64,000 nt of DNA from assembly GCF_044647545.1 (NCBI RefSeq), contig NZ_CP172818.1; one strand, written 5' to 3'. Each line of letters starts with the position of its first letter. The first letter of the stretch is position 1. Shown in pieces: positions 29,726 to 45,767 of this stretch. The notes below the pieces were generated by a model. It worked only from the letters and a program-made list of their open reading frames with translations, did no database searches and was not told where the DNA came from. The stretch is from Escherichia coli (lineage in GTDB: Bacteria > Pseudomonadota > Gammaproteobacteria > Enterobacterales > Enterobacteriaceae). The position numbers and the translations under genes were made by a program.

Positions 29726-30008
29726 GCCATTATGTCTCCTGCCGTAATCCGATGCTTTTGTCGGTCGCTGTTGTTTATTTTTTTTGGTAAAAAAATGTTA
29801 TACATTTGTTGCGTATCATTATGCAACCTTAACCATGAATTTAGTTAGCAGGAAAATGGTTATTGAGGAGCTTAAGGATAAATTTCTGGTAAGGAGGACA
29901 CGTATGGAAGTAGGCAAGTTGGGGAAACCGTATCCGTTGCTGAATCTGGCATATGTGGGAGTATAAGACGCGCAGCATCGCATCAGGCATTTTTTTCTGC
30001 ACCAATGC

Positions 30009-30035
30009 AAAAAGGCCATCCTGACGGATGGCCTT
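30009..30035 (-). terminator. rRNA operon terminator (T1-like)
   Basis: Stem GGCCATCC / GGATGGCC, 4-nt loop, T-run on minus strand, 13 nt past the 5S 3' end. Confidence 0.75.
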
Positions 30036-30047
30036 CTGCTTAATTTG

Positions 30048-30167
30048 ATGCCTGGCAGTTCCCTACTCTCGCATGGGGAGACCCCACACTACCATCGGCG
30101 CTACGGCGTTTCACTTCTGAGTTCGGCATGGGGTCAGGTGGGACCACCGCGCTAAGGCCGCCAGGCA
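30048..30167 (-). rRNA. rrfG: 5S ribosomal RNA
   Basis: Exactly 120 nt; reverse complement begins TGCCTGGCGGC and ends CAGGCAT. Confidence 0.97.
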
Positions 30168-30259
30168 AATTCTGTTTCATCAGACCGCTTCTGCGTTCTG
30201 ATTTAATCTGTATCAGGCTGAAAATCTTCTCTCTTCCGCCAAAACATCTTCGGCGTTGT

Positions 30260-33163
<2,904 letters not shown>

Positions 33164-33356
33164 TCACAACCCGAAGATGTTTCTTTCGACTCATCATCGT
33201 GTTGCGAAAATTTGAGAGACTCACGAACAACTTTCGTTGTTCAGTGTTTCAATTTTCAGCTTGATCCAGATTTTTAAAGAGCAAATATCTCAAACATCAC
33301 CCGAAGATGAGCTTTGAGATATTAAGGCAGGTGACTTTCACTCACAAACCAGCAAG

Positions 33357-33432
33357 TGGCGTCCCCTAGGGGATTCGAACCCCTGTTACCGCCGTGAAAG
33401 GGCGGTGTCCTGGGCCTCTAGACGAAGGGGAC
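33357..33432 (-). tRNA. gltW: tRNA-Glu (anticodon UUC) in the 16S-23S spacer
   Basis: 76 nt; reverse complement reads GTCCCCTTCGTCTAGAGGCCCAGGACACCGCCCTTTCACGGCGGTAACAGGGGTTCGAATCCCCTAGGGGACGCCA. Confidence 0.97.
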
Positions 33433-33507
33433 GTGTCGCAAGACGCCTTGCTTTTCACTTTCTATCAGACAATCTGTGTGAGCACTTCAAAGTACGCTTC
33501 TTTAAGG

Positions 33508-35049
<1,542 letters not shown>

Positions 35050-35180
35050 AAAAGTTTGATGCTCAAAGAATTAAACTTCGTAATGAATTACGTGTTCACT
35101 CTTGAGACTTGGTATTCATTTTTCGTCTTGCGACGTTAAGAATCCGTATCTTCGAGTGCCCACACAGATTGTCTGATAAA

Positions 35181-35193
35181 TTGTTAAAGAGCA
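35181..35193 (-). promoter_or_regulatory. rrn leader boxA antitermination element
   Basis: Minus strand reads TGCTCTTTAACAA, the canonical rrn boxA. Confidence 0.7.
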
Positions 35194-35230
35194 GTGCCGC
35201 TTCGCTTTTTCTCAGCGGCGCGGGGTGTGC

Positions 35231-35258
35231 ATAATACGCTTTCCCGCTACAGAGTCAA
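35231..35258 (-). promoter_or_regulatory. rRNA operon promoter P2
   Basis: Minus strand TTGACT, 16-nt spacer, TATTAT. Confidence 0.7.
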
Positions 35259-35349
35259 GCATTTATTTTTGCTTTCTCTGCCGGAGTTCTCAGGAGAACC
35301 CCGCTGACCCGGCGGCGTGCTTGCCGTTGTTCCGTGTCAGTGGTGGCGC

Positions 35350-35377
35350 ATTATAGGGAGTTATTCCGGCCTGACAA
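35350..35377 (-). promoter_or_regulatory. rRNA operon promoter P1
   Basis: Minus strand TTGTCA, 16-nt spacer, TATAAT, GC-rich discriminator GCGCCACC; AT-rich UP-like tract upstream. Confidence 0.75.
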
Positions 35378-35460
35378 GAGGAAAATATAAAAACTTTATC
35401 GTTCGCTCATTTTTCAGGCAAAACATCTTAAATATAGTCTTTCCCGTCTAACTTATAGAC

Positions 35461-35488
35461 AAAAACGAGCCCCGAAGGGCTCGTTTTA
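35461..35488 (-). terminator. Rho-independent terminator after clpB
   Basis: Stem ACGAGCCC / GGGCTCGT with 4-nt loop, T-run on minus strand, 5 nt past clpB stop. Confidence 0.7.
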
Positions 35489-35492
35489 TCAT

Positions 35493-38066
35493 TTACTGGA
35501 CGGCGACAATCCGGTCTTCATTAACTTCCAGGCGAATCACTTTACCCGGAACCAATTCACCAGACAGTATTTGCTGTGCCAGCGGGTTTTCGATCTGCTG
35601 CTGAATTGCACGTTTCAGAGGACGTGCACCATAGACCGGATCGTAACCGTTCTCGCTCAGCAGTTTCAGCGCCTCGTCAGAAATGTGGATTTCATAACCA
35701 CGTTCTTCCAGACGTTTATACAGACGTTTCAACTGAATCTGCGCAATCGACGCAATGTGCTGTTCACCCAGCGGATGGAAGACCACCACTTCATCGATAC
35801 GGTTAATGAATTCCGGACGGAAGTTATGGCTTACCACACCGAGCACCAGCTCTTTCATGTGCGCATAATCCAGTTCACCGAAGCGTTCCTGAATCAAATC
35901 GGAACCGAGGTTAGAGGTCATAATGACAACCGTATTACGGAAGTCGACCGTTCTCCCCTGCCCGTCAGTCAGACGCCCATCATCCAATACCTGCAACAGA
36001 ATGTTGAAGACATCCGGATGCGCTTTTTCCACTTCATCCAGCAGGATGACGGAATACGGACGACGACGCACCGCTTCGGTCAGGTAGCCACCTTCTTCAT
36101 AACCGACATATCCCGGAGGCGCACCAACCAGACGAGACACCGAGTGTTTCTCCATAAACTCGGACATATCGATACGGACCATCGCCTCGTCGCTATCAAA
36201 CATAAAGTTCGCCAGCGCCTTACAAAGCTCAGTTTTCCCCACACCCGTTGGGCCGAGGAACAGGAATGAACCAATCGGGCGATTTGGATCCGCCAGCCCC
36301 GCACGGCTACGACGAATAGCGTTAGATACCGCATCAACCGCTTCGTTCTGACCAATAACGCGATGGTGCAGTTCTTGCTCCATACGCAGCAGTTTTTCGC
36401 GCTCGCTTTCCATCATGCGAGAAACCGGAATCCCCGTCCAACGCGCCAGCACTTCAGCAATTTCGGCATCGGTCACTTTATTACGCAACAGACGCATAGT
36501 TTTGCCTTCGAGCTGCGTTGCGGCTTCCAGTTGCTTTTCCAGTTCCGGGATTTTGCCGTATTGCAGTTCAGACATCCGCGCCAGGTCACCCACACGGCGA
36601 GCCTGTTCAATAGCGATTTTCGCCTGTTCCAGTTCCGCTTTAATGGTCTGCGTACCAGAAAGCGATGCTTTCTCTGCTTTCCACTCTTCTTCTAACTCGG
36701 AGTACTGACGTTCTTTGTCGCTCAGTTCTTCGTTGAGCATATCCAGACGTTTTTTACTGGCTTCATCAGACTCTTTCATTAACGCCTGTTGTTCCAGTTT
36801 GAGCTGGATGATACGGCGATCGAGTCGGTCGAGTTCTTCTGGTTTTGAGTCAATCTGCATACGAATGCTGGATGCTGCCTCATCGATCAGGTCGATGGCT
36901 TTATCTGGCAGCTGGCGGTCAGCAATGTAGCGATGAGACAACGTCGCCGCTGCAACAATTGCCGGGTCAGTAATTTGCACATGGTGGTGCAGCTCGTAAC
37001 GTTCTTTCAGGCCACGTAGAATCGCAATGGTATCTTCAACAGAAGGCTCGGCAACAAACACTTTCTGGAAACGACGTTCCAGCGCAGCATCTTTTTCGAT
37101 GTACTGGCGATATTCGTCAAGCGTCGTGGCACCTACGCAGTGCAATTCACCACGCGCCAGCGCCGGTTTCAGCATGTTTCCGGCGTCCATTGCGCCATCG
37201 GCTTTACCCGCGCCGACCATGGTATGTAATTCGTCGATAAACAGGATGACGTTGCCTTCCTGTTTGGCAAGATCGTTAAGTACGCCTTTTAAACGTTCTT
37301 CAAACTCACCGCGATATTTCGCCCCAGCCACCAGCGCGCCCATATCCAGCGCCAGTACGCGGCGGCCTTTCAACCCTTCGGGCACTTCGCCGTTGATAAT
37401 ACGCTGCGCCAGACCTTCAACGATGGCAGTCTTACCGACGCCTGGTTCACCAATCAGTACCGGGTTATTTTTAGTACGACGTTGCAGCACCTGAATGGTA
37501 CGGCGAATTTCTTCATCACGACCAATCACCGGATCGAGTTTACCCTGTTCGGCTCGTTCGGTAAGGTCGATGGTATATTTTTTCAAAGCCTGACGTTGGT
37601 CTTCAGCACCTTGATCGTTCACGCTTTCACCTCCACGCATTTGTTCAATCGCTTGAGTAATGTTGGCGGTGGTCGCCCCTGCTGCTTTCAGGATGTCGGC
37701 CAGCGTGCCGCGAGACTCAAGTGCCGCCAGAACGAACAGTTCTGACGAGATAAAGTTATCACCACGTTTTTGCGCCAGCTTGTCGCAAAGATTAAGAACG
37801 CGCACCAGATCCTGTGATGGCTGGACATCACCACCAGTACCTTCAACCTGCGGTAAACGATTTAATGCCTGATTGATATCTGTGCGCAACTGGCCAGCAT
37901 TTATGCCAGCGGATGTTAATAAAGGACTAACCGAACCCCCTTCCTGATTCAGCAGGGCGCTCATTAAATGAAGTGGTTCGATGAATTGGTTGTCGTGCCC
38001 GAGTGCAAGTGATTGGGCATCGGCAAGAGCAAGCTGGAATTTATTAGTAAGACGATCCAGACGCAT
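35493..38066 (-). CDS. clpB: Chaperone ClpB (Hsp100 disaggregase, two AAA+ modules)
   Basis: Track ORF 35493..38078; ATG at 38066 with GGAGG upstream gives 857 aa starting [14 protein letters not shown]; Walker A GEPGVGKT and GPTGVGKT. Confidence 0.95.
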
Positions 38067-38105
38067 AACTCCTCCCATAACGGATCAAAGTTGCTACTGG
38101 AGATT

Positions 38106-38133
38106 AAATGAGGTCATCCCTCAATTATTCAAG
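38106..38133 (-). promoter_or_regulatory. Sigma-32 (heat-shock) type promoter for clpB
   Basis: Minus strand CTTGAA, 13-nt spacer, CCTCATTT; resembles sigma-32 consensus CTTGAAA / CCCCATNT. Confidence 0.5.
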
Positions 38134-38195
38134 GTTATTGACCAGATTAATGTGAAAAGAAAATCACGCGTACCGGATCGTCTTGATTCTTTAGG

Positions 38196-38927
38196 TTATA
38201 TCAGCCAAATGAAACTTGCCATACGACCGGTGGTCTTGTCGCGACGATAAGAGAAGAAAGTCTCATTTTCCGTATATGTACAACGGTCGCCGCCGAAAAT
38301 TTGTTCAACACCAACGCTCGCCAGACGCTGCCGGGCAAGCTGATAAATGTCCGCCAGATACTTATCACCATGCTGAATGAAAGCTGTACTCGCTTCGGCG
38401 TCTACTGCCATAAACGCCTCGCGAACCTCCGCCCCCACTTCAAACGCGCGTGGACCAATTGCCGGCCCTAACCAGGCGAGAATATTTTCTGGATTATCAG
38501 CAAAACAGGAAACTGTCTCTTCCAGCACGCCTGCGCACAGTCCACGCCAGCCAGCATGAGCGGCGGCGACTTCCGTTCCCGCTCGATTGCAAAACAGCAC
38601 AGGGAGGCAGTCGGCAGTCATCACTGCGCAAACCGTGCCGGGCGTATTGCTATAAGAGGCATCTGCTCGTTTTGAGGCATAAGGTTCGCCAGTAAGCTTA
38701 AGCACATCTTTGCCGTGTACCTGCTCAAGCCAGACCGGTTTAGAAGGCAAATTGCCCGCAGCAAAAAGTCGCTTGCGATTCTCCTCAACGTGATCCGGGT
38801 TATCGCCACAATGGGCACCGAGGTTGAGCGAGTCATACGGGGGCAAGCTCACGCCGCCGATACGAGTAGAGCTACAGGCCGCAACACCTTTTGGCAGCGG
38901 CCACTGCGGGACAATCAGCTTACTCAT
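38196..38927 (-). CDS. pgeF: Purine nucleoside phosphorylase/laccase-family protein (YfiH, DUF152)
   Basis: Track ORF 243 aa; 4-bp overlap with rluD. Confidence 0.85.
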   Translation of the reverse strand: MSKLIVPQWPLPKGVAACSSTRIGGVSLPPYDSLNLGAHCGDNPDHVEENRKRLFAAGNLPSKPVWLEQVHGKDVLKLTGEPYASKRADASYSNTPGTVCAVMTADCLPVLFCNRAGTEVAAAHAGWRGLCAGVLEETVSCFADNPENILAWLGPAIGPRAFEVGAEVREAFMAVDAEASTAFIQHGDKYLADIYQLARQRLASVGVEQIFGGDRCTYTENETFFSYRRDKTTGRMASFIWLI

Positions 38928-39904
38928 AACCAGTCCACTTCATCTTTATGCTCTTCGAAATCGGCGCGCATCACCTCAATCAGCTCCACCATATCTTGTG
39001 GAATAGGCGCATGCCATTCCATTTCGATACCGGAGATCGGGTGATAAAGACGCAGCATGGTTGCATGAAGCGCCTGGCGGTCAAATTTACGCAGCGTGGA
39101 GATAAACGCTTCCGAAGCACCTTTTGGCGGACGCGGACGGCCACCATAAACCGGATCGCCCACCAGCGGATGAGTGATATGGGCCATATGCACGCGGATC
39201 TGGTGCGTACGTCCAGTTTCCAGACGCAACCGCAGACGCGTGTGCACACGGAAGTGTTCCATGATGCGATAGTGAGTCACCGCTGGTTTGCCCATCGGAT
39301 GCACCGCCATATGGGTACGTTTGGTCGGGTGGCGGCTGATTGGTTCATCTACTGTACCGCCAGCGGTCATATGACCAATTGCCACCGCTTCATACTCACG
39401 AGTCATTTCACGCCTTTGCAAAGATTCGACTAAACGCGTCTGAGCCGGAACGGTTTTTGCCACAACCATCAGGCCAGTGGTGTCTTTATCCAGACGATGG
39501 ACGATGCCTGCACGCGGTACATCGGCAATGGGCGGATAATAATGAAGCAATGCATTCAGTACCGTGCCATCCGGGTTACCCGCGCCAGGATGTACCACCA
39601 GGTCGCGCGGTTTATTAATGACGATGATATCGTCATCTTCATAGACGATATCCAGCGGGATATCCTGCGGTTCAAAACGCGCTTCTTCTTCAATCTCAGC
39701 GTTGATGGCCACCTGCTCGCCACCCAATACTTTTTCTTTCGGCTTATCACAAACTTTGCCGTTAACCAGCACGCGCTGGTCGAGGATCCATTCTTTTATC
39801 CGCGAACGTGAATAATCCGGGAACATTTCGGCCAAAGCCTGATCTAAGCGTTGACCGAGTTGGTTTTCGGACACCGTTGCAGTGAGCTGTACTCGTTGTG
39901 CCAT
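38924..39904 (-). CDS. rluD: 23S rRNA pseudouridine synthase D
   Basis: Track ORF 326 aa; S4-like N-terminus and catalytic motif HRLDKDTTG. Confidence 0.93.
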   Translation of the reverse strand: MAQRVQLTATVSENQLGQRLDQALAEMFPDYSRSRIKEWILDQRVLVNGKVCDKPKEKVLGGEQVAINAEIEEEARFEPQDIPLDIVYEDDDIIVINKPRDLVVHPGAGNPDGTVLNALLHYYPPIADVPRAGIVHRLDKDTTGLMVVAKTVPAQTRLVESLQRREMTREYEAVAIGHMTAGGTVDEPISRHPTKRTHMAVHPMGKPAVTHYRIMEHFRVHTRLRLRLETGRTHQIRVHMAHITHPLVGDPVYGGRPRPPKGASEAFISTLRKFDRQALHATMLRLYHPISGIEMEWHAPIPQDMVELIEVMRADFEEHKDEVDWL

Positions 39905-40038
39905 ATATACTGCTTCTTCGTTTATCGTTGGGGTTTTACGGCTTTGCCGTTTAATATAGTGTGCTATTGTAGCTGGTCTTAACCGGGAGCAGGAACAGAG
40001 AATCTCCCGTATTACATTTTGAGGAAAGTCAAAACGTC

Positions 40039-40776
40039 ATGACGCGCATGAAATATCTGGTGGCAGCCGCCACACTAAGCCTGTTTTTGGCGGGTTGCTC
40101 GGGGTCAAAGGAAGAAGTACCTGATAATCCGCCAAATGAAATTTACGCGACTGCACAACAAAAGCTGCAGGACGGTAACTGGAGACAGGCAATAACGCAA
40201 CTGGAAGCGTTAGATAATCGCTATCCGTTTGGTCCGTATTCGCAGCAGGTGCAGCTGGATCTCATCTACGCCTACTATAAAAACGCCGATCTGCCGTTAG
40301 CACAGGCTGCCATCGATCGTTTTATTCGCCTCAACCCGACCCATCCGAATATCGATTATGTCATGTACATGCGTGGCCTGACCAATATGGCGCTGGATGA
40401 CAGTGCGCTGCAAGGGTTCTTTGGCGTTGACCGTAGCGATCGCGATCCTCAACATGCTCGAGCTGCGTTTAGTGACTTTTCCAAACTGGTGCGCGGCTAT
40501 CCAAACAGCCAATACACCACTGATGCAACCAAACGTCTGGTGTTCCTGAAAGATCGTCTGGCGAAATATGAATACTCCGTTGCAGAGTACTACACCGAAC
40601 GTGGCGCATGGGTTGCCGTCGTCAACCGCGTCGAAGGCATGCTGCGTGACTACCCGGATACCCAAGCTACGCGTGATGCGCTGCCGCTGATGGAAAATGC
40701 TTACCGCCAGATGCAGATGAACGCTCAGGCTGAAAAAGTCGCAAAAATTATTGCCGCTAACAGCAGCAACACTTAA
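40039..40776 (+). CDS. bamD: Outer membrane protein assembly factor BamD (lipoprotein, TPR)
   Basis: Track ORF 245 aa; lipobox LAGCSG. Confidence 0.92.
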
Positions 40777-40796
40777 CAGGTGTTATAAACGCAAAA

Positions 40797-40823
40797 CGGC
40801 AGCCCTTGAGCTGCCGTTTTTTT
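40797..40823 (+). terminator. Rho-independent terminator after bamD
   Basis: Stem CGGCAGC / GCTGCCG with 6-nt loop followed by TTTTTTT. Confidence 0.7.
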
Positions 40824-40992
40824 ATTCTGTTAGTTGTGAAACTGAAGCGATTTAGTCACTATCGATCTCATCAAATATGGCTCGCTTTGAGATATTCCTC
40901 AAGTAAAAAAACACCTCTTCCTGCGATTTCTCACAAAAAAGATTCGTTGACAAAAAGTGACAAAATTATGAGATTTCCATCACACATTTTGA

Positions 40993-41388
<396 letters not shown>

Positions 41389-41412
41389 TCCTTTATATTG
41401 AGTGTATCGCCA

Positions 41413-41436
41413 ACGCGCCTTCGGGCGCGTTTTTTG
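41413..41436 (+). terminator. Rho-independent terminator after raiA
   Basis: Stem ACGCGCC / GGCGCGT with TTCG loop followed by TTTTTT. Confidence 0.7.
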
Positions 41437-41491
41437 TTGACAGCGTGAAAACAGTACGGGTACTGTACTAAAGTCACTTAAGGAAACAAAC

Positions 41492-41539
41492 ATGAAACAC
41501 ACACCGTTTTTCTTCGCATTCTTTTTTACCTTCCCCTGA
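41492..41539 (+). CDS. pheL: pheA leader peptide (Phe-rich, 15 aa)
   Basis: Hand translation gives MKHTPFFFAFFFTFP then stop; seven Phe codons; absent from ORF track. Confidence 0.9.
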   Translation: MKHTPFFFAFFFTFP

Positions 41540-41585
41540 ATGGGAGGCGTTTCGTCGTGTGAAACAGAATGCGAAGACGAACAAT

Positions 41586-41615
41586 AAGGCCTCCCAAATC
41601 GGGGGGCCTTTTTTA
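41586..41615 (+). promoter_or_regulatory. pheA attenuator terminator hairpin
   Basis: Stem GGCCTCCC / GGGGGGCC (one G-U pair) followed by TTTTTTT, between pheL and pheA. Confidence 0.75.
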
Positions 41616-41637
41616 TTGATAACAAAAAGGCAACACT

Positions 41638-42798
41638 ATGACATCGGAAAACCCGTTACTGGCGCTGCGAGAGAAAATCAGCGCGCTGGATGAAAAATTA
41701 TTAGCATTACTGGCAGAGCGACGCGAACTGGCCGTCGAGGTGGGAAAAGCCAAACTGCTCTCGCATCGCCCGGTACGTGATATTGATCGTGAACGCGATT
41801 TGCTGGAAAGATTAATTACGCTCGGTAAAGCGCACCATCTGGACGCCCATTACATTACTCGCCTGTTCCAGCTCATCATTGAAGATTCCGTATTAACTCA
41901 GCAGGCTTTGCTCCAGCAACATCTCAATAAAATTAATCCGCACTCAGCACGCATCGCTTTTCTCGGCCCCAAAGGTTCTTATTCCCATCTTGCGGCGCGC
42001 CAGTATGCTGCCCGTCACTTTGAGCAATTCATTGAAAGTGGCTGCGCCAAATTTGCCGATATTTTTAATCAGGTGGAAACCGGCCAGGCCGACTATGCCG
42101 TCGTACCGATTGAAAATACCAGCTCCGGTGCCATAAATGACGTTTACGATCTGCTGCAACATACCAGTTTGTCGATTGTTGGCGAGATGACGTTAACTAT
42201 CGACCATTGTTTGTTGGTCTCCGGCACTACTGATTTATCCACCATCAATACGGTCTACAGCCATCCGCAGCCATTCCAGCAATGCAGCAAATTCCTTAAT
42301 CGTTATCCGCAATGGAAGATTGAATATACCGAAAGTACGTCTGCGGCAATGGAAAAGGTTGCACAGGCAAAATCACCGCATGTTGCTGCGTTGGGAAGCG
42401 AAGCTGGCGGCACTTTGTACGGTTTGCAGGTACTGGAGCGTATTGAAGCGAATCAGCGACAAAACTTCACCCGATTTGTGGTGTTGGCACGTAAAGCCAT
42501 TAACGTGTCTGACCAGGTTCCAGCGAAAACGACGTTGTTAATGGCGACCGGGCAACAAGCTGGTGCGCTGGTTGAAGCGTTGCTGGTACTGCGCAACCAC
42601 AATCTGATTATGACCCGTCTGGAGTCACGCCCGATTCACGGTAATCCATGGGAAGAGATGTTTTATCTGGATATTCAGGCCAATCTTGAATCAGCGGAAA
42701 TGCAAAAAGCATTGAAAGAGTTAGGGGACATCACCCGTTCGATGAAGGTATTGGGCTGTTACCCAAGTGAGAACGTAGTGCCTGTTGATCCAACCTGA
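41638..42798 (+). CDS. pheA: Bifunctional chorismate mutase / prephenate dehydratase
   Basis: Track ORF 386 aa. Confidence 0.95.
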   Translation: MTSENPLLALREKISALDEKLLALLAERRELAVEVGKAKLLSHRPVRDIDRERDLLERLITLGKAHHLDAHYITRLFQLIIEDSVLTQQALLQQHLNKINPHSARIAFLGPKGSYSHLAARQYAARHFEQFIESGCAKFADIFNQVETGQADYAVVPIENTSSGAINDVYDLLQHTSLSIVGEMTLTIDHCLLVSGTTDLSTINTVYSHPQPFQQCSKFLNRYPQWKIEYTESTSAAMEKVAQAKSPHVAALGSEAGGTLYGLQVLERIEANQRQNFTRFVVLARKAINVSDQVPAKTTLLMATGQQAGALVEALLVLRNHNLIMTRLESRPIHGNPWEEMFYLDIQANLESAEMQKALKELGDITRSMKVLGCYPSENVVPVDPT

Positions 42799-42804
42799 TG
42801 AAAA

Positions 42805-42835
42805 GGTGCCGGATGATGTGAATCACCCGGCACTG
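42805..42835. terminator. Bidirectional stem-loop between pheA and tyrA
   Basis: Stem GTGCCGG / CCGGCAC enclosing a shorter GTGA/TCAC stem. Confidence 0.5.
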
Positions 42836-42840
42836 GATTA

Positions 42841-43962
42841 TTAGTGACGGTTGTCATTCGCCTGACGCAATAACACGCGGCTTTCACTCTGAAAACGCTG
42901 TGCGTAATCGCCGAACCAGTGCTCCACCTTGCGGAAACTGTCAATAAACGCCTGCTTATCGCCCTGCTCCAGCAACTCAATCGCCTCGCCGAAACGCTTA
43001 TAGTAACGTTTGATTAACGCCAGATTACGCTCTGACGACATAATAATGTCGGCATAAAGCTGCGGATCCTGAGCAAACAGTCGCCCAACCATCGCCAGTT
43101 CAAGGCGGTAAATCGGCGAAGAGAGCGCCAGAAGTTGCTCAAGCTGAACATTTTCTTCTGCCAGGTGCAGCCCATAAGCAAAAGTAGCAAAGTGGCGCAG
43201 AGCCTGAATAAACGCCATATTCTGATCGTGCTCGACAGCGCTAATACGATGCAGCCGAGCGCCCCAGACCTGAATTTGCTCCAGAAACCATTGGTATGCT
43301 TCCGGCTTACGTCCATCACACCAGACCACAACTTGCTTTGCCAGGCTACCGCTGTCCGGGCCGAACATCGGGTGTACCCCCAGCACCGGACCATCATGCG
43401 CCGCCAGCATGGCCTGTAATGGTCCATTTTTCACCGATGCCAGATCGACCAGAATACAATCTTTCGGTAAAGGCGGTAATTTGCCGATAACTTGCTCAGT
43501 AACGTGGATTGGCACACTAACAATCACCATTCCGGCATCGGCAACAATATCAGCCGCTCGATCCCAGTCATGTTGCTCCAGAATCCGCACCTGATAACCC
43601 GATAGTGTCAGCATCTTCTCGAACAGGCGTCCCATCTGACCGCCACCGCCGACGATAACCACCGGACGCAGTGACGGACAAAGCGTTTTAAATCCTTTGT
43701 CGTTTTCACTGGAGTAAGATTCACGCATCACCCGACGCAAAACATCCTCAATCAGATCTGGCGGTACACCCAGAGCTTCCGCCTCTGCACGCCGCGAGGC
43801 CAGCATAGATGCCTCGCGCTCCGGAACATAAATAGGCAGTCCAAAGCGGCTTTTCACCTCGCCAACTTCAGCAACCAGTTCCAGACGCTTCGCTAATAAA
43901 TTCAGCAGCGCTTTATCGACTTCATCAATTTGATCGCGTAATGCGGTCAATTCAGCAACCAT
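42841..43962 (-). CDS. tyrA: Bifunctional chorismate mutase / prephenate dehydrogenase
   Basis: Track ORF 373 aa; NAD-binding GGGGQMG. Confidence 0.95.
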   Translation of the reverse strand: MVAELTALRDQIDEVDKALLNLLAKRLELVAEVGEVKSRFGLPIYVPEREASMLASRRAEAEALGVPPDLIEDVLRRVMRESYSSENDKGFKTLCPSLRPVVIVGGGGQMGRLFEKMLTLSGYQVRILEQHDWDRAADIVADAGMVIVSVPIHVTEQVIGKLPPLPKDCILVDLASVKNGPLQAMLAAHDGPVLGVHPMFGPDSGSLAKQVVVWCDGRKPEAYQWFLEQIQVWGARLHRISAVEHDQNMAFIQALRHFATFAYGLHLAEENVQLEQLLALSSPIYRLELAMVGRLFAQDPQLYADIIMSSERNLALIKRYYKRFGEAIELLEQGDKQAFIDSFRKVEHWFGDYAQRFQSESRVLLRQANDNRH

Positions 43963-43972
43963 AATAAACCTC

Positions 43973-45043
43973 TTAAGCCACGCGAGCCGTCAGCTGCCCG
44001 TTCAGATCCTGATGAATTTCACGCAGCAAGGCATCGGTCATTTCCCAACTAATGCAGGCATCGGTGACGGATACACCGTATTTCATTTCACTGCGCGGTT
44101 GCTCGGAAGACTGATTGCCCTCGTGGATATTACTTTCAATCATCAGACCAATAATTGAGCGATTGCCATCTTTGATTTGAGCAACCACGGATTCTGCCAC
44201 CGCAGGCTGACGGCGATAATCTTTATTGGAATTACCGTGGCTGCAATCTACCATCAGAGACGGGCGCAGTCCCGCCTGTTCCATCTCTTTTTCACATTGC
44301 GCAACATCCGCAGGGCTATAGTTCGGCGCTTTACCACCGCGCAGGATCACATGCCCGTCCGGATTCCCCTGAGTTTGTAGCAACGCCACCTGCCCTGCCT
44401 GGTTAATGCCAACAAAACGGTGCGGCTGGGCGGCGGCACGCATAGCGTTAATAGCCGTTGCAAGGCTGCCGTCGGTGCCGTTTTTAAAACCAACCGGCAT
44501 GGAAAGCCCGGAGGCCATTTCACGGTGTGTTTGCGATTCCGTTGTACGAGCACCAATTGCTGACCAGCTAAACAGATCGCCCAGGTATTGCGGGCTATTC
44601 GGATCTAACGCTTCCGTCGCCAGTGGCAGTCCCATATTCACCAGCTCAAGCAGCAATTTACGCGCGATCTGCAGCCCGGCTTCTACATCAAAAGAGCCAT
44701 CCATATGGGGATCGTTAATCAACCCTTTCCAACCGACAGTGGTACGGGGTTTTTCAAAATAGACGCGCATTACCAGATAGAGGCTATCGCTGACCTCTGC
44801 GGCAAGGGCTTTAAATCGACGAGCATATTCCAGAGCAGTTTCCGGATCATGAATGGAACAAGGACCACAGACTACCAACAGACGAGGATCGCGCCCGGCG
44901 ATAATATCTGAAATGGTTTTACGCGAGTCAGCAATCTGGGCTTCCTGTTGCAGGCTTAATGGAAAAGCGGCCTTCAGTTGTTCCGGAGTCATTAAAACTT
45001 GTTCGTCGGTAATATGTACGTTATTCAGCGCGTCTTTTTGCAT
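43973..45043 (-). CDS. aroF: Tyr-sensitive DAHP synthase
   Basis: Track ORF 43973..45112; product starting [15 protein letters not shown] gives 356 aa. Confidence 0.93.
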   Translation of the reverse strand: MQKDALNNVHITDEQVLMTPEQLKAAFPLSLQQEAQIADSRKTISDIIAGRDPRLLVVCGPCSIHDPETALEYARRFKALAAEVSDSLYLVMRVYFEKPRTTVGWKGLINDPHMDGSFDVEAGLQIARKLLLELVNMGLPLATEALDPNSPQYLGDLFSWSAIGARTTESQTHREMASGLSMPVGFKNGTDGSLATAINAMRAAAQPHRFVGINQAGQVALLQTQGNPDGHVILRGGKAPNYSPADVAQCEKEMEQAGLRPSLMVDCSHGNSNKDYRRQPAVAESVVAQIKDGNRSIIGLMIESNIHEGNQSSEQPRSEMKYGVSVTDACISWEMTDALLREIHQDLNGQLTARVA

Positions 45044-45137
45044 GATGGCGATCCTGTTTATGCTCGTTTGCGATAGTTGATCCTCAGCGAGGATGACGTA
45101 ACGATAACACATAAAGTAAAGTTTTCAATCCATATTT

Positions 45138-45155
45138 CGTACATTTTTCTTTACA
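45138..45155 (-). promoter_or_regulatory. TyrR box upstream of aroF
   Basis: CGTACA-N6-TTTACA, two mismatches to TGTAAA-N6-TTTACA. Confidence 0.45.
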
Positions 45156-45189
45156 CAAGCAATTTATTCGCGCTTTTAACCCTTGTTTA

Positions 45190-45207
45190 TGTATAAATAA
45201 ATTTACA
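45190..45207 (-). promoter_or_regulatory. TyrR box upstream of aroF
   Basis: TGTATA-AATAAA-TTTACA, one mismatch to TyrR consensus. Confidence 0.5.
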
Positions 45208-45252
45208 CCACCTTTGAAAACAATCCGCTATGCTTTGAAAAAGGAGAAAGAA

Positions 45253-45618
45253 ATGATGAAAAAGTTTATTGCCCCCTTGTTGGCTTTACTGGTTAGCGGA
45301 TGTCAGATTGATCCTTATACTCACGCGCCAACCTTGACCAGCACCGACTGGTATGATGTCGGTATGGAAGATGCGATATCGGGCAGCACCATAAAAGATG
45401 ACGATGCATTTAGCGATTCACAGGCGGATCGCGGTCTATACCTTAAAGGATATGCCGAAGGACAAAAGAAAACTTGCCAGACCGATTTTACTTATGCCCG
45501 GGGACTTTCCGGTAAAAGCTTTCCTGCCAGCTGCAACAATGTTGAAAATGCCAGCCAACTGCATGAAGTATGGCAAAAAGGGGCTGATGAAAATGCCAGC
45601 ACAATACGATTAAATTAA
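45253..45618 (+). CDS. yfiL: Small lipoprotein (DUF2799 family)
   Basis: Track ORF 45214..45618; ATG at 45253 preceded by AGGAG gives 121 aa; lipobox LVSGC. Confidence 0.7.
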   Translation: MMKKFIAPLLALLVSGCQIDPYTHAPTLTSTDWYDVGMEDAISGSTIKDDDAFSDSQADRGLYLKGYAEGQKKTCQTDFTYARGLSGKSFPASCNNVENASQLHEVWQKGADENASTIRLN

Positions 45619-45767
45619 TTAAACCCCCACAAATAAATTAAACATGAGATTCTACTCATTGTGTTTTATTTCTCACATTGATGACGACCGCATGAAAGAA
45701 TGATATTTTAATGAGCATTCTGAAAAAATATCGATGCATTTCGAGCGAAGATGGTGAGGATCCCTGA

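Noticed and set aside
29784-29903. Upstream two-thirds of the 60-aa track ORF 29784..29966
   Set aside because: Begins at TTG without a ribosome-binding site; only the last 20 codons from ATG 29904 have a strong one (reported separately as a low-confidence finding).
35571-36269. 232-aa plus-strand ORF antisense to clpB (and further antisense ORFs 36363..37872)
   Set aside because: Antisense to a highly conserved AAA+ gene; typical high-GC shadow frames.
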